Below are positions 28,790-38,004 of a stretch of DNA of 64,000 nt, in pieces. The stretch covers positions 43,943 through 107,942 of IMG/VR virus record IMGVR_UViG_3300042337_000070. The stretch is one strand, 5' to 3'. The notes under the pieces are model-generated. The model was not told the origin of the DNA, searched no databases, and saw only the letters and a list, made by a program, of their open reading frames with translations. Source of the stretch: a virus. A program made the translations under genes and the position numbers. Position 1 is the first letter of the stretch; every line of letters starts with the position of its first letter.

Positions 28790-30130
28790 TTATTTCCTAA
28801 TAGAGAAGTTTAACAGTTTCTTGAAGGACTCAAGGTCTTCGTTTAGCATACTTTCAACAATCTTTTTGTTTTTAGTATTAACCGAGTCATATACTTCAAG
28901 TATTCTTTTAGCCATACTTGTATTTAGGGTTACCGATCTTCCATTGATATTCATTTCATGTAATGTTTCACCGGAGTTAATCATGGAACGAATGTCAGAA
29001 ATTTTGTTTTCGGCAATAGATGCTATTTCTTTTTTTCTAGCAGCATCATATTCTTTACGCATAACGGTATTATGTCTAGACTTATCAATAGGAGAATCTC
29101 CACGGTTCATACCTGGTGTAGTTACTTTTGTCTTACTCTTTTTAATATCAGTGCTTAACATCTTTTCAGGTTGTTGATTAGATGCACTATTATCATTGCT
29201 TTTTTTCTGTTGCTTTGTCTGGTCTTGATCTTCATCAGATCCACCGCTTGTAAAGTTTTTTGTAAAGTTTTTGAAAGTTTTATAAGCACCATAAGCCTTG
29301 ATTGCTAAGTTAATCAAGTTCTCATTTTGTATTGTGCGCTTTTCTTCAAGTTTTGACTTAAACGATTCTTCGCAGTTCCAACGACGAAGCGCCTTGTTAA
29401 TGCGTGAATCAGGATCTCTTGCTGTCTTAGCAGAGGTAAGTCTCTTCTTCATTCCACCCATGCGAGAACAGAATGACTTACGGCGGGAGGCTCTCTTACC
29501 TGTAGGATTCTTCTCTGTAACTGCGGTCTTTAGTTTAGAACCCGGATTCTCACGACGATAAGCATTGACTGCCTTCTGTGACAAACCGTCTGTCTTATCT
29601 TTACGATTGACAGACTGCCAGTCTTCATGCATTTCATCTTTTGATTTATCATATGCTTTCTTAGCACCTTTATAGGCACCGTGAACCGCACCTACAACAC
29701 CACCAATTGCTGCACCAGGTTCGGCTGCAACGGCAGCGCCTCTATAGAATCCTTTAGCAGCACCATGAGCTGCGCCCTTAACGCCTCCCTTAACTGCTTC
29801 CCACTTAGCCCCTTCACACAAATCTAACTCTTCTATTGTGTCATAGATAGTTGCTTCATTGATGTTTAGATTGCCTGTAGGACCAAAAGGAATCGACAAA
29901 TACTTATCAACTGCCTTAGAGTAATATAGTGCTACCGTCTGATGATCAGGATACTTTCTATACGTTACACGCCTAAACATAAGCAACGTTGGCATGACTT
30001 GTGGAGAAGGTACATCAAATGATCTTGACTTTTGTTTAGAATCGCCTGTCGCTTCAAGCATAATCTCATCGGTACTAACCGATAAAAAGTTACTATTATA
30101 TTCTTCACGAATTTGCTTGAGCGTTTTCAT
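28790..30130 (-). CDS. Modular head/internal protein (glycine zipper plus RRKSFCSRM module)
   Basis: MKTLKQIREE start; GAAIGGVVGAVHG; RRKSFCSRMGGMKKRLTSAKTARDPDSRINKALRRWNC. Confidence 0.65.
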   Translation of the reverse strand: MKTLKQIREEYNSNFLSVSTDEIMLEATGDSKQKSRSFDVPSPQVMPTLLMFRRVTYRKYPDHQTVALYYSKAVDKYLSIPFGPTGNLNINEATIYDTIEELDLCEGAKWEAVKGGVKGAAHGAAKGFYRGAAVAAEPGAAIGGVVGAVHGAYKGAKKAYDKSKDEMHEDWQSVNRKDKTDGLSQKAVNAYRRENPGSKLKTAVTEKNPTGKRASRRKSFCSRMGGMKKRLTSAKTARDPDSRINKALRRWNCEESFKSKLEEKRTIQNENLINLAIKAYGAYKTFKNFTKNFTSGGSDEDQDQTKQQKKSNDNSASNQQPEKMLSTDIKKSKTKVTTPGMNRGDSPIDKSRHNTVMRKEYDAARKKEIASIAENKISDIRSMINSGETLHEMNINGRSVTLNTSMAKRILEVYDSVNTKNKKIVESMLNEDLESFKKLLNFSIRK

Positions 30131-30139
30131 TTTTGATCC

Positions 30140-30850
30140 TTACTGTGCGAAATAAGAAGAGGCGATTTCTTTACGCTTTTCTTCAAGTTTTTCCATAGCC
30201 TTTTCCTGTAGAGCGGCCATGAAATTTTCTTTCATATCGACAAGGTTATTCTCTAAAATATTGTCAAGGGCTTCATTGACAAGTTCTTTAGTATCCATTG
30301 TAGTTTCCTCTTTTATGTTTTCTTTAGTAGGTTTCTTTTTACCAGACTCGATAAACTTCTTTTTGATAGCATTCGATAGAGTCTTAGAGGCAGCTTCGCC
30401 TCTTCTCCAACGAGCATTAGAAACCTTGCCGACTAGTTCTGCGGAGATTTCGTCAATCTGTTCTTCCTTGACAGGAACGCAATTAGGAACCATACGGTTA
30501 CCCTTTTTCTTTAGTCCTTTTGCTGTATACCCTTTCCAGCAAGTACCTTTAAGATCATTTTTTTCTTCCACTTTAGCAACCTTTCTGCTACTGCCTGTAG
30601 GATCTCCAATTATATAATCGGACTCAGGACTTGTAGAGATACCTTCTTCAATCTTTTTTAACTTCTTATAGTAATCTGGTTTTTCGCCTATGTGATCTCT
30701 AGCAATCTCACGGGCCTCTTTGTCACTTTTTGTGTGTTCTTTTTCTACTTTAGCACCTTGATCGATAAGTCTTCTAATCTGATCTAGTGAAAGATTCCAC
30801 TTCTTTGCCAATTGTGCTGCTGTTAATGTATTAACACTTTTAAGAGACAA
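30140..30850 (-). CDS. Modular head protein with gp67-like C-terminal helix
   Basis: EKEHT....AREIARDHIGE.PDYY module; CWKGY...VPNCV module; possible internal start at 30298. Confidence 0.65.
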   Translation of the reverse strand: MSLKSVNTLTAAQLAKKWNLSLDQIRRLIDQGAKVEKEHTKSDKEAREIARDHIGEKPDYYKKLKKIEEGISTSPESDYIIGDPTGSSRKVAKVEEKNDLKGTCWKGYTAKGLKKKGNRMVPNCVPVKEEQIDEISAELVGKVSNARWRRGEAASKTLSNAIKKKFIESGKKKPTKENIKEETTMDTKELVNEALDNILENNLVDMKENFMAALQEKAMEKLEEKRKEIASSYFAQ

Positions 30851-30864
30851 AATAATTCCTTTTA

Positions 30865-32745
30865 CTATTTAGTTGGAGTTAGAATACCGTTTTCATTCAA
30901 ATGAGTAACAACTCCAGAAGGAGATGCATACTTGTTGTTTCCAACATATACTAAACCTAATTCTTTAGCTTCTTCGGCAACAGTCTTTTTCTTCTTCGCA
31001 GGCTCTTTCTTGGCAGGTGCCGCAGACTTTTTAGATTGAATTGTAGCAAGTTTGATTTTCTTATCCATCATTTTGGATTCATGATCTTGATTGTTCTTTT
31101 CACCCTTGCTTGGTCCCTGATCAGGTCCAACTATCTTATCAACCTCTTTTTGTGTCTGTGCCTGAGCAATTTGAGATTGGGCATTAAACGCAATTTGATT
31201 TTGCATATCTTGTTGCTGTTGTGCCGCCTGTGCTTGGGCATCAGCTTGCATCTGTGCTTGCTGTTGCTGTGCTAGAATAGCATTTTCTTGTTGCATCTGA
31301 GCATTGATCTCTTCAATGTCATCATCTGTTTGTTGTAGAATATTCTTTCTAATCCACATGATAGAGTAATACTTGCCAACAAATGGATCGACTTTGATTA
31401 GTGTATCGAGACGAACGTTTAATAGTTCTGCTTCTTTTAACTCATCAAAATTATTGTCTTTCTTATAGTCATACCAAATGTCTTCTTTGATTTCTTTCCA
31501 TTCTTCTTCGGTACAAACTTTCTTAAGAACAAGTTGAACCCTAAGTAAGTCATCAAATAGGGTTGAGAACTTGTTACGAAGACGGACAACAAACTTATTA
31601 AACTTTAGCTCGTCTCTTGTGATTTCTGTGGTGCGTCCTAGTGTGAATCCGGGACTCTGTTCCATACGAGAAACAGGAACACCAAGTGCTTTGTATAGTT
31701 TTGTTTGAAAATACTTGACATCTTCTAGTTCACCAAGATTTCTTGCACCTTCTAATGTTTCAATCTTTGTACCTTGTGAACCTTCACGGCGAGGTAGCCA
31801 GAAGTCTTCCAACATAGATAGATGCTTACGGTCGTCTTTGATTTCACCAGTATTAGAATCGTAAACTAACTTGTTACGATACTTGACCATGATATCACGA
31901 ATATACTGTTCCGCTTTAACTGTTGGCATGTTACCAACGTCAATATAGAATACTCTACGCTCAGGAGCACGACTTAGACGATATATAACTGTAGCGTCCT
32001 CTACCATGCGTAGGTTATTGAATGGTTTGATGGCCTTGTGTAGATAAGAAAGAACCATGGTCTTCTTAGGATCCATGATACCCGAGTTAACGTTTACAAC
32101 AGAGTCGGTTGCAATCTTTGCACCTAGATTAGTGCCAGAACCAATCATACCTCTTTCGTTGTAAAGATAATACTCGATTTGTCTCTTGATTAGTTCAACA
32201 CCTGTAGCAGGATCACGCATCTTTTGAATTTCACGGATCTTACGAATACGACGAGGGTCGATATACTTTACTTCCTGAATGCCGGCATTAGGCAATCCTT
32301 CATCAATAACAATTTGATAAAATAGTCTACCGTCTATATACCAACGACGAAAAACTTCATGACCCATGTTACCAAAGTTAAGCAGTTTAAGAATATAATT
32401 GAACTCTTCTTCAATACGTTTCTTTAATTGAGGATTAAGTTTAACATCATCAAGATTGATTTCTACAGATGTTCCGGAATCTTCGACAACGATGGCTTCA
32501 TTAACAATTTCATCAATAGCAGATTCCATTTCGGGTTGAATGGATAACTCACGATACTTTGTGATTAATTGTGTTTCATTACGAAATGTACCATCTAAAT
32601 CGACATATGTGCCATAGTAACCAGCACCAGAAACAGTTACAGCACCATCGTTATTTTCTGGTAAAGTAAATGTCTTCTGTCTTTGCTGATCCTCTAATCT
32701 TGGATCGATCTTATCAGCACCTATTTGAAATCCAAATAATTTCAC
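30865..32745 (-). CDS. 20: Portal protein gp20 with C-terminal extension
   Basis: KLFGF, WYIDGR, IYRLSRAPERRVFYIDVGN, MLEDFWLPRREG. Confidence 0.98.
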   Translation of the reverse strand: MKLFGFQIGADKIDPRLEDQQRQKTFTLPENNDGAVTVSGAGYYGTYVDLDGTFRNETQLITKYRELSIQPEMESAIDEIVNEAIVVEDSGTSVEINLDDVKLNPQLKKRIEEEFNYILKLLNFGNMGHEVFRRWYIDGRLFYQIVIDEGLPNAGIQEVKYIDPRRIRKIREIQKMRDPATGVELIKRQIEYYLYNERGMIGSGTNLGAKIATDSVVNVNSGIMDPKKTMVLSYLHKAIKPFNNLRMVEDATVIYRLSRAPERRVFYIDVGNMPTVKAEQYIRDIMVKYRNKLVYDSNTGEIKDDRKHLSMLEDFWLPRREGSQGTKIETLEGARNLGELEDVKYFQTKLYKALGVPVSRMEQSPGFTLGRTTEITRDELKFNKFVVRLRNKFSTLFDDLLRVQLVLKKVCTEEEWKEIKEDIWYDYKKDNNFDELKEAELLNVRLDTLIKVDPFVGKYYSIMWIRKNILQQTDDDIEEINAQMQQENAILAQQQQAQMQADAQAQAAQQQQDMQNQIAFNAQSQIAQAQTQKEVDKIVGPDQGPSKGEKNNQDHESKMMDKKIKLATIQSKKSAAPAKKEPAKKKKTVAEEAKELGLVYVGNNKYASPSGVVTHLNENGILTPTK

Positions 32746-32763
32746 TACATTATCCTTCTGCTA

Positions 32764-32790
32764 ATCCTACGGGGCAGAACCCCGTAGGAT
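32764..32790 (-). terminator. Hairpin after gp19
   Basis: 11-bp IR atcctacgggg/ccccgtaggat. Confidence 0.6.
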
Positions 32791-32797
32791 ATAGTTT

Positions 32798-32805
32798 TAT
32801 TTAGT
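32798..32805 (-). promoter_or_regulatory. Late promoter upstream of gp20
   Basis: ACTAAATA. Confidence 0.5.
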
Positions 32806-32811
32806 ATGTTA

Positions 32812-33390
32812 TTATGGAACGAATCCGCCGCCTTCGCCACCATCAGTAGTTGGGAATGGGAATAGCGATTCCCACCACTGATAGGCGAATGTAACGCCGT
32901 ATTCTTCGATCTGATCACCAGAAGCCCAGTCAAGATCAATAGCAGCAACGTCCACAGGGAACGCACCGTAAATCTTATACTGCTTGATGATTTCACCTGT
33001 CTTGGCATACTGGGTTACCATAGCCTGTGACTGGTAATTTACACCAGCACGGGCAGCAGGATTTCTAAGGTTACCAACGTGTGAGTTGATGTTGCTTAGC
33101 CAGATTTCAAGATTGTTACGAATGGTGAAGTTTTCATCATTGATAACAGTGAATGACCAGTCTGGGAATGTTCTAGTACCGGCTACCTTAATCTCACGAC
33201 CAAAGTATGGAATGCTGATAGAAGAAATCGAATCGCCAGGTAGAGATGTTGCTCTAGCCTTAAAGATAATATCAGGGCTTAGAGGTGCTGACCCCAAGAT
33301 TGGGGGCAGCGTCATCATTACTTCGAAGAGACTGGCACGTGCGCCGTCATCTACTAGTGATGCTCTGAATGTGTCAACATTAAATGGCAT
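32812..33390 (-). CDS. 19: Tail tube protein gp19
   Basis: GAR.SLFEV, SLPG, GR.IKVAG.RTF.DW, IEEYGVTFAYQWW. Confidence 0.96.
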   Translation of the reverse strand: MPFNVDTFRASLVDDGARASLFEVMMTLPPILGSAPLSPDIIFKARATSLPGDSISSISIPYFGREIKVAGTRTFPDWSFTVINDENFTIRNNLEIWLSNINSHVGNLRNPAARAGVNYQSQAMVTQYAKTGEIIKQYKIYGAFPVDVAAIDLDWASGDQIEEYGVTFAYQWWESLFPFPTTDGGEGGGFVP

Positions 33391-33417
33391 TTGTTTTAAC
33401 TCCTTTTCCTTTATTTA

Positions 33418-35169
33418 TTAGAACTTGCCAACAATTTCGGAGAAGGCGACACCGGTTCGAACAGCCACAAAGTTAAGATGAATATAGTTAATGCTGCGAG
33501 CAGGCTTGACGTAGATATCTCCTCTAAACTCGTTGCGGTCAATAACTTCTTGGGTGTTGTTTGATGTGTCACAAACTACCTTAAAGTCGTAGATACCACG
33601 ACGGCCCTTAACGTCACGAAGGAAAGGTTCTACTAGAGCAACGAACTGGGCTCTTGTGAACTCATCGTTGAACTCGAATAGAGAATACTTGGCAGCCTTC
33701 GTGATTGTCTTTTCTAGGACAATGAATAGACGACGAACATTGATACGATCAAAGGCAGATGGCTTGCGCTGCATTGTCTTATCGCCGTATAGAACAGTTC
33801 CTTCACCCTTGAATGAAACAACTGGGTTAATGTTTGCCTTGTATAGATCGTCTCTATTAGCCTTGGTTGGGTTCCAAGCAAGCTTGACAACGTTCTTAAT
33901 CTGACCACGATTGAAACCAGCAGGTGAGAACCATGGGTCACGATCAAAGTCTGTTCTAGCACATAGACCAGCAATATCTCCGTTTAGTGGTACCCAACGA
34001 TAGGTATTGTTATACTTATCGAACTGCTTCTTCCAGTTTCCGTCAAATACACCGTAAGATGTTGAGTTGTAAAGGTTGATCTTTGAAGTAATATCACCTA
34101 CTTCTGATCCTGCGTTATCCACGACGTTATTCATATCTGGAGAAACGAATCCAACGCAATCCTTACGAACACCAACAATGCTTTCTAGAACATGTTCAGA
34201 AACAATTTGAGAGTGGGCGCCAGTCATAACTAGTGAAATGTCAACTAGTTCCGGATCAAGGAATAGCTCATATGATTGTTGTAGTTGAGCATCTGTAGGA
34301 GCAGCAACGACACCACCTGAGAAGTTCATAGTATAAGAAGCATTTGACTGTCCGTATCCTGTTGATACTAGATGTCCGGTTCCATTCTGAGTTGCAGACT
34401 CCATACCCCATGAGGATGTTTCTGAAACCTCAGTAACTTCATCCTGAGCATGTCTAAGAGCCCAAATATAATTTGATCTATTATTAACAACGTCAACATA
34501 AAAGTTTGATGATCCGTCGTCATTAACGGCATCTGATGCCTTAGATACGAATGAGAATCTTTCTAGAACGGTGTTTGCGATACCATCAGATAGTTTACCT
34601 AGACGATCAACAACAATGATATGCATTTCGTCATTAGCACCACCCTTAGATGCGACATATGGAGATGTTCCTGTAACGCCTTCGAACTGTGACTTATATT
34701 CCCAAGTATCGTATGATACTGAATCTTCACTGGCCCAAATAGAAACTCTTAGTGAGTTACCTAGTTCACCTGGATACTTAGCAGCAAACATACCATTGGT
34801 ATTAGCAACAGTTGCAGATGTTCCGTTTAGAACATAGTTATTTTCGTAATCGTCTTCATTCTTGATTGTTAGAGCAGTTGAACCAGTAGTTGCATTCTTT
34901 GCTACAGTTGTGTTAGCAGAACGAACTAGTCTTAGGTTATTGCCATAAGCTAGGAAGTTTGCAGCGGTAAACCATGATGTGAAGTTATTCTGGCTTGGCT
35001 TACCAAACCAACGAACAAGTTCAAGTTCATTGCTAATTGTCATAATCTGGTCGACAGGACCCCAATCAAAGTTTCCGGCAAATGCCCCTTCTGTAGTAGA
35101 TGCGGCAGGAACAATGGTCGTAAGATCGATTTCAGACCAAGTCACGCCTGGGGAAAGTGAATATGCCAT
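33418..35169 (-). CDS. 18: Tail sheath protein gp18
   Basis: SPGV...EIDLT, WGPVD, PWFSPAGFNRG, FDRINVRRLF, KPARSINYI. Confidence 0.98.
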   Translation of the reverse strand: MAYSLSPGVTWSEIDLTTIVPAASTTEGAFAGNFDWGPVDQIMTISNELELVRWFGKPSQNNFTSWFTAANFLAYGNNLRLVRSANTTVAKNATTGSTALTIKNEDDYENNYVLNGTSATVANTNGMFAAKYPGELGNSLRVSIWASEDSVSYDTWEYKSQFEGVTGTSPYVASKGGANDEMHIIVVDRLGKLSDGIANTVLERFSFVSKASDAVNDDGSSNFYVDVVNNRSNYIWALRHAQDEVTEVSETSSWGMESATQNGTGHLVSTGYGQSNASYTMNFSGGVVAAPTDAQLQQSYELFLDPELVDISLVMTGAHSQIVSEHVLESIVGVRKDCVGFVSPDMNNVVDNAGSEVGDITSKINLYNSTSYGVFDGNWKKQFDKYNNTYRWVPLNGDIAGLCARTDFDRDPWFSPAGFNRGQIKNVVKLAWNPTKANRDDLYKANINPVVSFKGEGTVLYGDKTMQRKPSAFDRINVRRLFIVLEKTITKAAKYSLFEFNDEFTRAQFVALVEPFLRDVKGRRGIYDFKVVCDTSNNTQEVIDRNEFRGDIYVKPARSINYIHLNFVAVRTGVAFSEIVGKF

Positions 35170-35216
35170 CTTTTACTCCTTTTTATAGGTTAGAATGGTT
35201 GTTTTCCATCTAATCC

Positions 35217-35224
35217 TATTTATA
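35217..35224 (-). promoter_or_regulatory. Late promoter for gp18
   Basis: Exact TATAAATA. Confidence 0.75.
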
Positions 35225-35243
35225 GTTTTAAGTGTTTTCAGAT

Positions 35244-36920
35244 TTATAGCTTGCTGTTCCAGTCGTAACCTAAGTTATCAAAAGGATACATGCTTTCTCT
35301 CTCACGTTGCCATAAATCACCATTAGCATCCTGTTCCACATAATCATCTAAACCGTTGTCAATGAAACCAAATGGCACATTCTGAACATCTTGTAAGTAT
35401 GATTGCTCTTTCTGTAGAGTATATCTGATATCATTTGAAACTGTTTCTTTAAAGAGTTTCTGTGCAGTTAACCAACCAAAATGAACTAGCGTCATTGCAA
35501 GGTCATCATTTGATCCTTCTTCTGCTTTAAACGTTTTCTTATCAGCCGAAAACGAAAACAATTCTGTAATAGTATCTTCGTCGTTTAGTATGAGTTTATC
35601 ATTTTCTACTAAAGTTTTTAGATTGGAACAACCAATCATTTTAGACTGTGCCGTTATTTTTAGACCAAAAGCCAACTTGTTTTTACCGGCAGCAAAACCT
35701 CCTGATGCCTGCATTCCTTGTTTACCTTTAATCTGAAACTTCAACAGATTTTCATATTCAAGTTCGAAGTGTAGAATGTCTGCAACCTGCAAACCGATAG
35801 AATTGATTTCAACAAGGACAAATGCCTCATTGTATTTCTTTGCTACCGAATAAATAACAGCCGGTAAGAGCATAGGACTTATTTCATTATTACGGTATTT
35901 AGCTACTTGCCTGTAAGGTATTTGAGTTACATCAAAGACTGAAAATGCTGAGTAATCAAGTCCCTGACCTTCTGATACATCCACAGTAATAACATATGTA
36001 TGTTTATGCTCAGGTTCTTCAAACACATCCATACATTCCATACGACGAATAGGTTCTTTCCAATGTAGAGATGCTAACTTAGCACCATTAATAAGAGTAT
36101 TAGACGAACCAAGAAACTCACAACCAAACTCTTGGTCGAACTGACGCTGACTGGTGTTGCGAATAGTTTCTGCTGCCCACTCTGCATCTCTGCCAGGTAC
36201 CATGCTCCAGTGAATCTCGATTGGAACATACGTGCTAGTCTTATCGACGGCCTTTGTCCACATCTTATAGAACAAGTTCATACCGTTTGGTGTAGAAACG
36301 ATAACTACCTTAGAAGTCTTACCAGATGAAATGGTAGGATATGTTGAGTTGAAAAACTCTTCTGCGATATTGTTAGGAACGAACGCAAACTCGTCAAGAA
36401 AGATTAGATTGAACGAGAAACCACGAACAGATGATCCGCTAGTAGAGTCTGCCAATACTCTTGAACCATTGGCAAGATAGATAGAACCCTTGTTCCATTC
36501 CTTGATGCCTTGCTTCAAAAACATAGGCAGATACTCAAAGGCCAGTTTTAGTTTGCCTAGTAGTTCTCTAGCAGTTGGTGCACGGTTAGCAAGAATAGCA
36601 ACCACAAAGTTTTCATTGAACAATACCTGGTGTAGAATATATGCTACACTAGTAGTAGACTTACCGACCTGTCGTGGTAGTTTGCAGATAGAGAAACGAT
36701 TATCATGAAACGTTGAAAGCATACGTTCCTGAAAGTCCCACATTTCAAATGGGATTAGACCACGGTCCACGTTGATGATCTTGATATACTTACGAGCAAA
36801 ATAAACAGGATCCTCAGCACACTTGATATACTCGTCCAACTCATGTTGTGTGAATGAGTGGCGATATTGTTCATTAGGTAGATTTGGATTGTTCTGATAA
36901 CTATACGGTGTTCTAGCCAT
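35244..36920 (-). CDS. 17: Terminase large subunit gp17
   Basis: PRQVGKS, FLDEFAF, STPNG.N.FY, DVSEG...DYS, DDLAM. Confidence 0.98.
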   Translation of the reverse strand: MARTPYSYQNNPNLPNEQYRHSFTQHELDEYIKCAEDPVYFARKYIKIINVDRGLIPFEMWDFQERMLSTFHDNRFSICKLPRQVGKSTTSVAYILHQVLFNENFVVAILANRAPTARELLGKLKLAFEYLPMFLKQGIKEWNKGSIYLANGSRVLADSTSGSSVRGFSFNLIFLDEFAFVPNNIAEEFFNSTYPTISSGKTSKVVIVSTPNGMNLFYKMWTKAVDKTSTYVPIEIHWSMVPGRDAEWAAETIRNTSQRQFDQEFGCEFLGSSNTLINGAKLASLHWKEPIRRMECMDVFEEPEHKHTYVITVDVSEGQGLDYSAFSVFDVTQIPYRQVAKYRNNEISPMLLPAVIYSVAKKYNEAFVLVEINSIGLQVADILHFELEYENLLKFQIKGKQGMQASGGFAAGKNKLAFGLKITAQSKMIGCSNLKTLVENDKLILNDEDTITELFSFSADKKTFKAEEGSNDDLAMTLVHFGWLTAQKLFKETVSNDIRYTLQKEQSYLQDVQNVPFGFIDNGLDDYVEQDANGDLWQRERESMYPFDNLGYDWNSKL

Positions 36921-37374
36921 TATCTTCTTTTTGTTTCTTTATAGCAGACAATAGTTCTGCCGCTGAACCAACAAAGACGGCTTGCTCAACGTTAATGTTA
37001 CTCTCTGCATTCTTCTTACGAGGATCAGAGTCAGGGTTAGGATCTTTTAAGTCTTTTTTTGTCTTCTGGAGTGCGTATAGGTCTTTCGATGTTTCGCCAA
37101 CAGTTTTGATGAGATTAGAAACAACCTCAAAACCTCTTGCACTTTCGTTTTGTCTAGCAATTGCTGCGATTTCTTCAATGGCGTCGTTCCCTTTTACGAT
37201 AAGATTACGAAGGGTTTTTCTCACCAAAATGTAGTCTTCATCTTCATCTGTAAGATCAGGTGATGGATCGTAAGTAACGATCTCTTTACCTACTTCACCT
37301 GTAATCACTTCGACTTCCTTTGCGGGAACATATTCAATGCCTAGAGCATCGGACAAATTTTTTTCAACACCCAT
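36913..37374 (-). CDS. 16: Terminase small subunit gp16
   Basis: DY..VR..L..L...G, ARGFEV, AVFVGS.AELL. Confidence 0.9.
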   Translation of the reverse strand: MGVEKNLSDALGIEYVPAKEVEVITGEVGKEIVTYDPSPDLTDEDEDYILVRKTLRNLIVKGNDAIEEIAAIARQNESARGFEVVSNLIKTVGETSKDLYALQKTKKDLKDPNPDSDPRKKNAESNINVEQAVFVGSAAELLSAIKKQKEDNG

Positions 37375-37381
37375 AACTATA

Positions 37382-37702
37382 TTATCCTTGATCTTCCTCT
37401 GTTAAAGGTTCTGGAACAATTGCACCTGGTGGAGGAGGCACATCAGGCTTCAAAATATCAGGAAAAATCTTTCTAAAGTCTTCGGCCTTTTTAACCTTAT
37501 CTATATTAGGATCTTTTGTGATATCTCTAAGTGCTTGCTTCTTAGCAGCAATCTCGGCCTGTAATGTTGTGTCACCTGTCTCTACCGCTCTCATGAATTG
37601 TAGGTCTAAGTCTTCAAGCATAGGTGTTCTAGCACTTCTAAGAATATCTTTATAGATATCTTTAGCCTTGTTCATATCTACTTTAATTACACTTTTGGCC
37701 AT
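37382..37702 (-). CDS. Tail-fibre assembly/chaperone-like protein
   Basis: R.AR.P.L..LD..F.RA.E...KKQALRDIT. Confidence 0.6.
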   Translation of the reverse strand: MAKSVIKVDMNKAKDIYKDILRSARTPMLEDLDLQFMRAVETGDTTLQAEIAAKKQALRDITKDPNIDKVKKAEDFRKIFPDILKPDVPPPPGAIVPEPLTEEDQG

Positions 37703-37995
37703 GGTTTTTCCCCTTCTGGAATGTCCGGTCTTGGTGGAATTGCACCCTGTTTCTCTGCTACCATTTTATTGATAACATCAGAATATCCCTGCCCATATCC
37801 GTCTGGTTTTGAAAAATCAACAACCCACGCACTTCTAAATGCTTGATCTGCTGGAATTTCAGATGCATCTAGAATTAGATATGGTGTTCCGACAGGGACA
37901 TCTTTCTTTGCGACCTCCTCTGCCGGATATGGATCTGACGGCCATAATAGTGAAATTGATCCGTTTCTATCAAATACGATTACCTTACTAGACAT
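37687..37995 (-). CDS. Tail-fibre assembly-associated protein
   Basis: AKKDVP.G.PY.I.....IP.D..FR.AW. Confidence 0.6.
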   Translation of the reverse strand: MSSKVIVFDRNGSISLLWPSDPYPAEEVAKKDVPVGTPYLILDASEIPADQAFRSAWVVDFSKPDGYGQGYSDVINKMVAEKQGAIPPRPDIPEGEKPWPKV

Positions 37996-38004
37996 TTTTC
38001 ATCC

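Noticed and set aside
24215-36920. Introns or inteins in gp23, gp20, gp17
   Set aside because: ORFs are continuous, with normal core lengths and no intein motifs
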